Assembly (NCBI GenBank): GCA_016196125.1 | Contig: JACPYG010000015.1 | Span: 22,966 to 86,965, forward strand | DNA: 64,000 bases | Source of the DNA: Candidatus Staskawiczbacteria bacterium | Lineage (GTDB): Bacteria > Patescibacteriota > Minisyncoccia > Minisyncoccales > Staskawiczbacteraceae | Reading direction: 5' to 3' | Shown here: piece after piece, positions 17,315 to 26,403 of the stretch | How positions within the stretch are numbered: position 1 is the stretch's first letter | How the letters are laid out: the number at the start of each line of letters is the position of its first letter | Notes under the pieces: model-generated | What the model was told of the DNA's origin: nothing | Databases searched by the model: none | Seen by the model: the letters and a program-made list of their open reading frames with translations, nothing else | Translations under genes and position numbers: made by a program

Positions 17315-17740
17315 TTAAAATTTATCCATAATCCATTGCCAACCATTTCCAATCCATCCTAACCATATTTTAAAATTAAAAAAATTCGTATTACTGTTAT
17401 TTATCTCTTCTTTTTGTTTTACTTCCGGTGTCACAAAAGTAACTACTTTTTCGTTTTCTATTTGAAGATCTAATTCTTCTCTGGCGATTTTTTCTATATA
17501 ATCTTTATCATCAGCTTTGGCTATGCCCTGTTCCAATGTGTCGTTTTTCTTTTGAATACTCTGAATTTTTTCTTTTAAACTTTCTATTTGTAAGTTAAGT
17601 TTTTTTCTTTCTTTATAAACCTTAATATCCGCAAAAATCAAAAACCCAATTATTATTATAAAAAAAATTTTGACGAACGGAGATGAAAAAAAACTATCTG
17701 ACGTATTGCTCTTTTGTTTTTTTTTAAAATTTGCTATCAT
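17315..17740 (-). CDS. Septum formation initiator (FtsB/DivIC family)
   Basis: TM + coiled coil + YIEKIAREELDL..ENEKV. Confidence 0.8.
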   Translation of the reverse strand: MIANFKKKQKSNTSDSFFSSPFVKIFFIIIIGFLIFADIKVYKERKKLNLQIESLKEKIQSIQKKNDTLEQGIAKADDKDYIEKIAREELDLQIENEKVVTFVTPEVKQKEEINNSNTNFFNFKIWLGWIGNGWQWIMDKF

Positions 17741-17945
17741 TCGTTTATGGCAAAAATATGCAAAGCATATTTTCTGCGTTCGTTCGCTAATAAAAACATA
17801 ATGCGTTATATTTTTATACGCTCACTCACTTGAGAATAAAATCAAAAACAATTTTTAAAGTAATTTGGATTATATTAATAAGCCTTGTTGCTTTAAGTAC
17901 GATTATTTGGTCGGCTTCTCCTCTTTTCTTAAGATAGGCCAAAAA

Positions 17946-18488
17946 TTAAGACGCTCCTATATTTTTAGTGGTGGCTTCATAAATTGCCAGTATTTTTTTT
18001 ACCTTATCTAAATCTATTTTATAATCCGGGTTATAAACTATGGAATTTCTGATTTCATGCGCCGCTAAAACTTCTTCTATATTTGGCAGTATGATTTTTC
18101 CCGCGTTGTTTACCAATTCTTCAAAATTTTTGCCGGCAAACCCCCTGTCTTCCAGCATCTCGTTTAAAAAATCATCGGCTTCTATTAAAGCAAGCTTATA
18201 TTCTGACTCTGCTCCGCTTTCTGTTCTTTTTTGTATTTTTTTCCAACGATTGGCAATTTCCCTGAGTCCATAAGCCTGATATGAAATAAATTCTGTAACA
18301 TCTTCAAGGAATTTATATTTTAAATAAGTTGAATTCAACATAAAATAAACAACGGCTGATAAAAAAAACATCGTAAAAAAAACAAAAACCAGCTTTACCG
18401 GAAAAAGAGCATCCTGCAGAACAGGCGAGGAAACAAAATAAATAAAGTCTTTTATCCTTAATAGATTATAAACAGATTCCCAAGTCAT
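17946..18488 (-). CDS. Conserved hypothetical membrane protein
   Basis: TM then KLALIEAD...AHEIRNSIV motif. Confidence 0.75.
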   Translation of the reverse strand: MTWESVYNLLRIKDFIYFVSSPVLQDALFPVKLVFVFFTMFFLSAVVYFMLNSTYLKYKFLEDVTEFISYQAYGLREIANRWKKIQKRTESGAESEYKLALIEADDFLNEMLEDRGFAGKNFEELVNNAGKIILPNIEEVLAAHEIRNSIVYNPDYKIDLDKVKKILAIYEATTKNIGAS

Positions 18489-18497
18489 ATTTGCGCA

Positions 18498-19916
18498 TTA
18501 TAACATTTTTTCAATAAAAGATGCCATACTCAAAATATTATTTTCTTGGAAATGATTGCCGATTATCTGAAGGCCTACAGGTAAATTGCCAATTTTACCG
18601 ACAGGCAAAGAAATAGCCGGAATACCTGCCAACTTTACAGGACAAGTATAAATATCCATCAAATACATTGAAAGAGGGTCATTTGTTTTTTCACCTATTT
18701 TAAAAGCCGGAATAGGAGAAACAGGACTAAAAATCAAATCTACTTTTTTAAAGGCGTTTATAAAATCCTCTCTTATTAAATTCCTGATTTCCTGGGCTTT
18801 TTTGTAATACTCATCGTAATAACCGCTTGATAAAGCATAGGTTCCCACTAAAATTCTCCTCTTGGGTTCTGGCCCAAATCCTTCTCCCCTGCTTTTTAAA
18901 TAAACTTCAAATAAATCTTTTGATGATTTATTGCTAAGTCCATATTTTATACCGTCAAATCTGGCTAAGTTTGCCGAAACTTCAGAAGGAACAATTATGT
19001 AATAACAAGCGATGGCATATTCCGTATTGGGCAAACTGATTTCTATAATTTTTACGCCTCTTTCTTTTGCTTTTTTTATTATATTTTCTATAATTTTTTT
19101 AACTTCTGGATCTATTCCATCTGTAAAATATTCTTTGGGAATTCCTATTTTTAGCCCCTCTATTTTTAAATTTGATTTTTCAAAATTATAATCTTTGCTT
19201 GTTGCATCTAGCGGATCTTTCCCTGAAATTGCTTTAAAAATAATTTCTGCATCCTCAACCGTTTTTGCTATAGGGCCTATTTGATCTAAAGAAGAAGCCA
19301 TGGCAACCAATCCAGAACGGGAAACTGCTCCATAAGTCGGATTAAGCCCTACAACACCGCAAAAAGACGCGGGCAATCTAATAGACCCCCCTGTATCAGA
19401 TCCAAGCGAATAACAGGCCTCTTTTGAGGCGACTGATGCCGCAGACCCGCCAGAGCTGCCTCCGGCGACACGGTTTAAATCGTTTGGATTTTTTGTTACT
19501 TTAAAAGCAGAATTTTCAGTAGAAACTCCCATAGCAAATTCATCCAAATTTGTTTTTCCTAAAATTACGGCTCCCTTTGATTTTAATTTTTTAATTACCG
19601 TTGCATCATAGGGAGCGACATAATTTTCTAAAATTTTAGACCCTGCCGTACATTTTTCGCCCTCAACCAAAATAGCATCCTTAACAGAGCAGGGAATACC
19701 TGCCAGAAATTCGAAATCTTTTCCTGATGAAATAATTTCATCTGCTTTTTTTGCCTGCGACAACGCCAGGTCTTCTGTCAGATTCAGGTAAGCTCCTATT
19801 TTTTTATCATTTTTTTTAATCTCCGATAAATAGGCCCGGGTAAGTTCTGTACTGGAAAAATCTTTTTTCTTCAATCCGTCATGGGCCTCTTTAATTGTCA
19901 GTTCTAAAAGATTCAT
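18498..19916 (-). CDS. gatA: Asp/Glu-tRNA amidotransferase subunit A
   Basis: GKTNLDEFAMG, GGSSGGSA, SDTGGSIR, SANLARFDG. Confidence 0.95.
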   Translation of the reverse strand: MNLLELTIKEAHDGLKKKDFSSTELTRAYLSEIKKNDKKIGAYLNLTEDLALSQAKKADEIISSGKDFEFLAGIPCSVKDAILVEGEKCTAGSKILENYVAPYDATVIKKLKSKGAVILGKTNLDEFAMGVSTENSAFKVTKNPNDLNRVAGGSSGGSAASVASKEACYSLGSDTGGSIRLPASFCGVVGLNPTYGAVSRSGLVAMASSLDQIGPIAKTVEDAEIIFKAISGKDPLDATSKDYNFEKSNLKIEGLKIGIPKEYFTDGIDPEVKKIIENIIKKAKERGVKIIEISLPNTEYAIACYYIIVPSEVSANLARFDGIKYGLSNKSSKDLFEVYLKSRGEGFGPEPKRRILVGTYALSSGYYDEYYKKAQEIRNLIREDFINAFKKVDLIFSPVSPIPAFKIGEKTNDPLSMYLMDIYTCPVKLAGIPAISLPVGKIGNLPVGLQIIGNHFQENNILSMASFIEKML

Positions 19917-19918
19917 TT

Positions 19919-20209
19919 TTAAAGTATGGCTTTTACTTTAATATAATCATCTTTTCTGTCTGGAAAAGCATTCATTATCTTTTCTGCCAAACTATGGTTT
20001 TTAGCCGCAATTTCATCTTTTCTTGCTTGCCCTTCCGTAGCTTTAGCGAAGGAGGGTTGTCTTTTTAATTTTGAAGTATTGGCCTTTTTAAGTAAATCAA
20101 AATAATCCAAAATTGCAGAAAGCTCTTTTTGCATTTTTTCGAGTTCTCCCTCCTTTAATTCCAATCTGGCCAGCTTTGCAATATGTTTTACTTCTTCTTT
20201 TGAAATCAT
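19919..20209 (-). CDS. gatC: Asp/Glu-tRNA amidotransferase subunit C, carrying family B palindrome
   Basis: MISKEEVKHIAKLARL...YIKVKAIL; upstream of gatA. Confidence 0.9.
   Translation of the reverse strand: MISKEEVKHIAKLARLELKEGELEKMQKELSAILDYFDLLKKANTSKLKRQPSFAKATEGQARKDEIAAKNHSLAEKIMNAFPDRKDDYIKVKAIL
20029..20057. repeat. Family B palindrome in gatC (PSFAKATEG)
   Basis: gcccttccgtagctttagcgaaggagggt. Confidence 0.75.
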
Positions 20210-20211
20210 AA

Positions 20212-21273
20212 TTACCAAGGCGGTTCTCCGCCTTCATCTTTCGACATAACATCAAATAATGTTCCTATATTTTCTAAAGCAATTCCAGCTCCTCTTACAA
20301 CAGCTGTTAACGGGTCGTCAATAATTTTACAGGGCATTTTTGTTTCCCTTGAAATTAAAACATCCAACCCTTTCAATAAAGAACCTCCACCGGATAAATA
20401 AATGCCGCCAGACATAACATCGGCCAATAATTCCGGGGGCGTTTCCTCGATTGTTGTTTTAATAGCCGCGATAATTTGTTTTACTGATTTATCTAAGGCG
20501 CGTTGGACATCGTCGTTAAAAATAACAACTTCTTCAGGGAGTCCGGTAACTAAATTTCTGCCTCGCATTGGCATTTCTTTTTTTTCTTTTAGATTTAGCG
20601 CCGAACCTATATTTATCTTAATTAATTCTGCCGTTCTTTCTCCAATTAATAATTTATATTCTTTCTGGGCAAACTGAACAATATCATCATTAAGCTTATC
20701 GCCGGCCACTCTTATGCTTTTATAAACAACAATTCCGCCAAGTGAAATTACCGCCACTTCTGTTGTGCCGCCGCCAATATCAACTATAAAGTTGCCGCCC
20801 GCTTCCTGAATTGGAAGTTTTGCTCCAATGGCAGAAGCCAAAGGCTCTTCAATTAAAAAAACTGTCTGGGCTCCGGCTGATTTGGCGGCGTCACGGACCG
20901 CCTTTCTTTCAACTTCTGTAACTCCGCAAGGAATGCCAATAATAACTCTTGGCAAATATCCCAAACCAAATATTTTTTTACTGGAAGCAGCCGATTTCTC
21001 AATAAAATATTTTAACATCTGTTCTGTCACTTCAAAGTCAGAAATAACACCGTTTACCAAAGGCCTTGTGGCTGTAATATAGGAAGGGGTTCGGCCTACC
21101 ATTTTTTTGGCTTCTTCTCCAATAGATAAAATTTGGCCTGTTTTATTGTTAATTGCCACCACGGATGGCTCATTAATAATTATTCCCCTATCTTTGACAT
21201 AAACCAAAGAATTGGCCGTACCCAGGTCAATAGCCATATCTATTGATAAAAAAGAAAATAGTTTTTTAAGCAT
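20212..21273 (-). CDS. mreB: Rod shape-determining protein MreB (paralog 1)
   Basis: IDLGTAN, DIGGGTTE, LSGGGSLL. Confidence 0.93.
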   Translation of the reverse strand: MLKKLFSFLSIDMAIDLGTANSLVYVKDRGIIINEPSVVAINNKTGQILSIGEEAKKMVGRTPSYITATRPLVNGVISDFEVTEQMLKYFIEKSAASSKKIFGLGYLPRVIIGIPCGVTEVERKAVRDAAKSAGAQTVFLIEEPLASAIGAKLPIQEAGGNFIVDIGGGTTEVAVISLGGIVVYKSIRVAGDKLNDDIVQFAQKEYKLLIGERTAELIKINIGSALNLKEKKEMPMRGRNLVTGLPEEVVIFNDDVQRALDKSVKQIIAAIKTTIEETPPELLADVMSGGIYLSGGGSLLKGLDVLISRETKMPCKIIDDPLTAVVRGAGIALENIGTLFDVMSKDEGGEPPW

Positions 21274-21288
21274 GCTATACCGGAATTT

Positions 21289-22548
21289 TTAAATTAAAAA
21301 TTTATACAATTGTTTTATTTTCACCAGATTTGCCGAACCTTTGGTTCTTTTTTTCAGTTCAGCCGAATTGGTCTTTAAAGTTTTTTCACTGATTACTATA
21401 CGAAATGGAATACCTATTAAATCTGCTTCCGCAAATTTTTCTCCAGCTGATTTTTCTTGCCTATCGTCATATAATACTTCAATTTTTTCTTTTTTCAAAT
21501 CATTATATATTTTTTCTGCGGCTTTTTTAATTTTACCCGAGCCGATCGAATGGCTTTCAATGAAAATTAAATGGGCTAAAAACGGAGCAACTGGCTTAGG
21601 CCAAATAATACCCTTTTCATCATGATTTGCTTCAACTATGGCTCCCATTAACCTGCCAAGTCCGATTCCGTAGCATCCCATTAATACCGGCTTGTCTTGG
21701 CCATCGCGGTCGGTAAATTTTAAATCAAAAGGCAAAGAAAATTTTGTGCCGAGCTTAAATATATTGCCAACTTCAATGGCTTTTTTTTCTTCAAATTCTA
21801 CGCTTTGGCATTTTGGACATTTATTGTTTTCTGGTTTTATTTCTTTATTAATGGCTATGCCGCATTTTTTACATATATAAATCACATCTTCACCTGAGTC
21901 GGTAATTGCCTGGAACTCATCTGAATATTTTGAAAAACTTCCTCCAGATGCCAGTGTTTGATAAGTTACTTTTCCAATTCCACATTTTTTAAAAATATCT
22001 GAATAAACTTTCGTCAGTTTTTCATAATATTTATTCAAATCTTCTTGCGTCGTATGGAAAGAATACAAATCTTTCATTAAAAATTCTCTTGTTCTTAAAA
22101 TTCCCGATTTTGCCCTTAATTCGTCGCGGAACTTAGTTTGAATCTGAAAAAGAGAAATAGGCAAATCTTTATATGAGAAAATATTCTTTTTTGCCAACGG
22201 ACTGACAACTTCTTCGTGCGTGGGACCCATAGCGTATTCTTTGTCTCCGCTCCCTTTTAATTTAAAAAGTATATCCAAACTGTCCCAGCGTCCGGTTTTT
22301 TGCCAGTTTTCTTTTGGCTGTAAAACCGGCATTAAAATTTCTTGCCCATTTGCTGGAGCAGACTCCATATTTTGCCTTATAATATTTTCAATGTTTTTCA
22401 AAACTTTAAACCCCATCGGTAAAAATGTATAAACGCCTGCCATTAACTGGTCTATAAAACCAGCCCTTGTCAAAAGGTCGTGCGAAACAGATTCAGTATC
22501 GGCAGATTTTGTCTTTGATGTTTTATAAAAAAGTTTAGATTGCAGCAT
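21289..22548 (-). CDS. proS: Proline--tRNA ligase (short form lacking INS editing domain)
   Basis: PTHEE, KFRDELR, REFLMKDLYSF, MGCYGIG. Confidence 0.93.
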   Translation of the reverse strand: MLQSKLFYKTSKTKSADTESVSHDLLTRAGFIDQLMAGVYTFLPMGFKVLKNIENIIRQNMESAPANGQEILMPVLQPKENWQKTGRWDSLDILFKLKGSGDKEYAMGPTHEEVVSPLAKKNIFSYKDLPISLFQIQTKFRDELRAKSGILRTREFLMKDLYSFHTTQEDLNKYYEKLTKVYSDIFKKCGIGKVTYQTLASGGSFSKYSDEFQAITDSGEDVIYICKKCGIAINKEIKPENNKCPKCQSVEFEEKKAIEVGNIFKLGTKFSLPFDLKFTDRDGQDKPVLMGCYGIGLGRLMGAIVEANHDEKGIIWPKPVAPFLAHLIFIESHSIGSGKIKKAAEKIYNDLKKEKIEVLYDDRQEKSAGEKFAEADLIGIPFRIVISEKTLKTNSAELKKRTKGSANLVKIKQLYKFLI

Positions 22549-22562
22549 ATTTAATTATTAAA

Positions 22563-23693
22563 TTATCTTTGTAAACTAGATTTTAAAAATTCTGTAAGTC
22601 TTGGTATGTCAAATTTTATTGTTACAAAAAGAGACATTAAAATTAATAAAAAGAAAAATACAGCTGTAATGTTTTGTTCGACTCTTGTTGAAACCGGCTT
22701 TCCCCTTAATTTTTCTATGGTTAAAAATATCAGTTTTCCTCCGTCTAATGCCGGAATGGGAAATATATTGAATATGGCAACAAAAACAGAAATAGATGCT
22801 ATAAAATACAAAAAGAATCCCGGGCCAAAATCTACTGCCCTCGCTAAAAACACCGTGATACCAATAGGACCCAGCATTTCGGCTCCCTGTGGAACGCCAT
22901 TGCCTGAAAATAAATCTTTAAAAACAGCAAAAAGCCCCTGTACTGCTTTTATTGTAATTTCGCCGGTATAAAGAGTTCCCTTAATTGGCGCTTGGTACCA
23001 AGGATATTTATTAATAAGAGCGCCCATTCTTTCAAGACCTACTCCCAATGCTCCCTGGCCTTCCGGCGACAAAGCTCTGGGAGTCAATAAAGTTTCAACT
23101 GTTTTATCTTGTCTTTGAACCACCAAAGTTATCTGTTTACCGATATTTTCTTTTGTAAAATCCTGAACATCTTTTATTTTATTAATTTTTATTTCTCCAT
23201 CTTTTGTCTTAAAGCTTAGCATAACATCTCCCAACTCTAATCCTCCGGCTTTTGCCGGAGAATCTTCTGCAATCAAAATAACCTGAACTCTTGTATTTGT
23301 TAAGCCAACAACGTCTTCGTCGCCAATGGGAATATCGGCTCCTATGGCGAAAACAATGGAAAAAAGAACTATAGAAGCAATCCAAAAAGCAACCACCCCG
23401 CCTATAATAATAAGAACCCTTTTCCAAATGACTAAGTTTGAAAAACTCCTATAATCATCTACATCGCCTTCTTCTCCATATATTTTTACAAAAGCCCCTA
23501 ATGGCAAAAGATTCACGGAATAAAGAGTTTCACCGAATTTTTTGCCAAAAATCCTCGGAGGATAACCTATGCCGAATTCTTCAACTCTTACTCCAAATTT
23601 TTTAGCTATAATAAAATGGCCGAATTCATGTATAACCATCAAGCTAATCAAGCTAAGAAAAGCGATTATTAGTGTTAAAATAATAGATATCAT
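22563..23693 (-). CDS. rseP: RseP-like site-2 metalloprotease with PDZ domain
   Basis: HEFGH, NIFPIPALDGG. Confidence 0.85.
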   Translation of the reverse strand: MISIILTLIIAFLSLISLMVIHEFGHFIIAKKFGVRVEEFGIGYPPRIFGKKFGETLYSVNLLPLGAFVKIYGEEGDVDDYRSFSNLVIWKRVLIIIGGVVAFWIASIVLFSIVFAIGADIPIGDEDVVGLTNTRVQVILIAEDSPAKAGGLELGDVMLSFKTKDGEIKINKIKDVQDFTKENIGKQITLVVQRQDKTVETLLTPRALSPEGQGALGVGLERMGALINKYPWYQAPIKGTLYTGEITIKAVQGLFAVFKDLFSGNGVPQGAEMLGPIGITVFLARAVDFGPGFFLYFIASISVFVAIFNIFPIPALDGGKLIFLTIEKLRGKPVSTRVEQNITAVFFFLLILMSLFVTIKFDIPRLTEFLKSSLQR

Positions 23694-24253
23694 ATTGTTG
23701 TTAATTCATTTTTTTTATTTTCGATTAAATTTTTTATTTTTTCTGTATAATCATCAATTACTTTTTGAAGCTCGTCTTTGCCTCTAAATTTATCGTCTTC
23801 TGATATTTTTTTGTCTTTATGTGATTGTTGTATTTCATTCCAAGCCTCTTCTCTCCAATGCCTTATTGTTTTTCTTGTCTGCTCTGCCTTTTCGTTAAGC
23901 GACTTTGCAAGCGCCTGCCTATATTCTTCTGTTAAAAGAGGCAAATTTAAACGTATAATATCTTTATCAACAACAGCCGACATGCCCAGCCCAGAAAGTG
24001 AAATTGCTTTTTCTATTGGCCCGATATATGAAACATCCCATGGCTGTATCACTATTTGATTTGACTGGGGGCTTAAAATGGCTCCCAGCTGTTTTAAAGC
24101 AAATTTTGACCCAAAAGCTTCTACTTTTATATCTTCAATTAAAGCTGGAGTGGCTCTTCCGGTGTGCAATTTGGCTATTTCTGATTCCAAAAATTTAAAA
24201 GACTTATCAAGCTCCGGTTTAATTTTATCAATAGATTCTTTGTATGTAGCCAT
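23690..24253 (-). CDS. frr: Ribosome recycling factor
   Basis: TGRATP, IQPWD, LTEEYR, ISEDD. Confidence 0.93.
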   Translation of the reverse strand: MATYKESIDKIKPELDKSFKFLESEIAKLHTGRATPALIEDIKVEAFGSKFALKQLGAILSPQSNQIVIQPWDVSYIGPIEKAISLSGLGMSAVVDKDIIRLNLPLLTEEYRQALAKSLNEKAEQTRKTIRHWREEAWNEIQQSHKDKKISEDDKFRGKDELQKVIDDYTEKIKNLIENKKNELTTI

Positions 24254-24256
24254 AAT

Positions 24257-25252
24257 TTACATCTCCATTAATAATATTTCTAAAGCCAGCTTTGGATTGG
24301 CATTAGTCAAAGAAATTTGCGCATTAATAATTTCCAATAATTTTAAAACTTCTTTAATTTTTGATATGGAATAATTCTTAAAATTATCTGCAGCTTCCGG
24401 AAAAAAATCTTTGGGAGTTAAATTATCCGCTCCTGTTTTTAAAAATAATAAATGCCTCAAATATCTTTGCAAAATTTCTAAAACTCTCTTTGTATTATTG
24501 CCATCCAAATTAATTTTTTTTGTGTATTGAAACTTCAGGGCAAGATTAGAATTAATAACTTTTACCAGTTCTTGCAGTGTTGTTTGCTCTTCTTTCAATT
24601 TATCCGGATTTAAAAATAATTCTATTGCTTGGCCTGGTTTACAGGAACAAAAAGATGCAAGATCATGCGCTATTTTTTCTTGCCTGCCGGCAGGCAGACT
24701 TTCTCCCATTTTTACCAAATTATATTCAATTTCTTTCGGGTCTACAAGATAAAATTTTATTCTTTGACACCTTGAAATTATCGTAGACAATAATGTTTCT
24801 GGATGCGGAGATATTAAAATTAAAATAGTTTTTCCTTTTGGCTCCTCAAGTGTTTTTAAAAGGCAACTCTGCGCCTCAAAATTCATTTTTTCAGCTCCAT
24901 TGACAATGACTGCCTTAAAAGAACCGTAATAAGATTTATAGCTTAAAAAAAGCAAAGCCTCTCTTATTTGTGAAATATCAATTTCCTGTTTATCATTTTT
25001 CAGGTTTACCATTAAAACATCAACATAGCTTTCATTTTCTATGTCTTTGCAATTTCTGCAAATTCCGCATGATTCTTGACCGGGGCTTTTGCCTGCCTCG
25101 GCAGACAAACAATTGATTAACTTTACAAATTCTTTTGCCAAAGTTCTCTTACCTATTTTCTCCTCTCCAGAAAACAAATAAGCATGAGCCAACTGGCCTG
25201 ATTCAAGCTTATTCTTTAAAAAATCCCATTGTTTTTTGTGACCGATTAACAT
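24257..25252 (-). CDS. holB: DNA polymerase III delta-prime subunit, with two palindrome insertions
   Basis: HAYLFSG, CGICRNC, LLKTLEEP, TIISRC. Confidence 0.88.
   Translation of the reverse strand: MLIGHKKQWDFLKNKLESGQLAHAYLFSGEEKIGKRTLAKEFVKLINCLSAEAGKSPGQESCGICRNCKDIENESYVDVLMVNLKNDKQEIDISQIREALLFLSYKSYYGSFKAVIVNGAEKMNFEAQSCLLKTLEEPKGKTILILISPHPETLLSTIISRCQRIKFYLVDPKEIEYNLVKMGESLPAGRQEKIAHDLASFCSCKPGQAIELFLNPDKLKEEQTTLQELVKVINSNLALKFQYTKKINLDGNNTKRVLEILQRYLRHLLFLKTGADNLTPKDFFPEAADNFKNYSISKIKEVLKLLEIINAQISLTNANPKLALEILLMEM
24681..24696. repeat. Family A palindrome in holB (LPAGRQ)
   Basis: tgcctgccggcaggca. Confidence 0.85.
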
Positions 25253-25262
25253 AAATTTAAAA

Positions 25263-26270
25263 TTACTTTTTGCTCATTACTACTTTTTTATATTCGTCTA
25301 AATGTTCTAATACAATACCTGTGCCTTTTATAACGCAAAATAATGGCTCTTCGGCAACAAAACAGGGAACCCCTGTGCTTTGAGCTACTAATTCATTGAT
25401 CTTGGGCAACATAGATCCGCCACCGGCCATAATAATACCCTTATTCATAATATCGGCCGAAAGTTCAGGAGGAGTTTCCGACAATACTTGTTTGGCCGCC
25501 TGAATAATTTCAGCCAACACGTCTGAAACTGCTTCGCAAACTTCATTGTTGGATATTTTAATGTTTCGCGGCAATCCCAAAATCAAATCTCTTCCCTGGA
25601 CTTCCAAATATCTTAACTCTTTTTGCACCAAAGCCGTGCCAACTTTTATTTTTATTTCTTCTGCGGACTGTGTCCCAATCGCTAAGTTGTATTTCTTTTT
25701 AATATATTCTGCAATGGCTATATCTATTTTATCACCGGCTACTCTTACAGAATGAGCTGTCACAATTCCGCCAAGTGAAATTACTGCCACTTCAGACGTA
25801 CCGCCGCCAATATCAATAATCATATGCCCCGAACATGAATTAATGGGAATACCAGCTCCAATAGCAGCCAAAATAGGTTCTTTGGCCACAAAAGCCTGTT
25901 TGGCTCCGGCTGAAAGGGCTGCTTCAATTACCGCCCTCTTCTCTGTGCTGGTGATTCCTGCTGGCACAGATATAACCAATTCTGGCTTAAATAACCTAAA
26001 ATTACCTGCTGTTTTTGTGATGAAATAACGCATCATTGCCTGTGTTACTTTATAATCGGCTATTACGCCATCTTTCAATGGCCTGTATACCTTAATGTCA
26101 GATGGAGTTCGGCCTATCATTTCTTTAGCGCTTTCGCCTACTGCTAAAATCTTGTTATCAGTCAAAGAAACAGCAACCACTGAAGGTTCCTGTAAAACAA
26201 TGCCTTTTCCCTGCACATAAACCAAAGAATTGCAGGTTCCAAGATCAATAGCAATTTTAGCATTAAACAT
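25263..26270 (-). CDS. mreB: Rod shape-determining protein MreB/Mbl (paralog 2)
   Basis: IDLGTCN, DIGGGTSE, MAGGGSML; start moved to MFNAK. Confidence 0.92.
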   Translation of the reverse strand: MFNAKIAIDLGTCNSLVYVQGKGIVLQEPSVVAVSLTDNKILAVGESAKEMIGRTPSDIKVYRPLKDGVIADYKVTQAMMRYFITKTAGNFRLFKPELVISVPAGITSTEKRAVIEAALSAGAKQAFVAKEPILAAIGAGIPINSCSGHMIIDIGGGTSEVAVISLGGIVTAHSVRVAGDKIDIAIAEYIKKKYNLAIGTQSAEEIKIKVGTALVQKELRYLEVQGRDLILGLPRNIKISNNEVCEAVSDVLAEIIQAAKQVLSETPPELSADIMNKGIIMAGGGSMLPKINELVAQSTGVPCFVAEEPLFCVIKGTGIVLEHLDEYKKVVMSKK

Positions 26271-26283
26271 AATCGCTTTGCTT

Positions 26284-26403
26284 AAATTCAAAATTTAAAA
26301 ATCAAAAATTAAAATTTAGGTATCAAAAATTTATTTTTATAAATTTTTGATTAATTTTAAACTTTAAATTGTCATTTTGCATTTTGAAATTTGCATTTTA
26401 AAT
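26284..26403. repeat. Inverted heptamer-repeat array H1 (AAATTCA-type) with central hairpin
   Basis: aaattca aaattta aaaatca aaaatta aaattta ... ttttgca ttttgaa atttgca ttttaaa. Confidence 0.75.
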
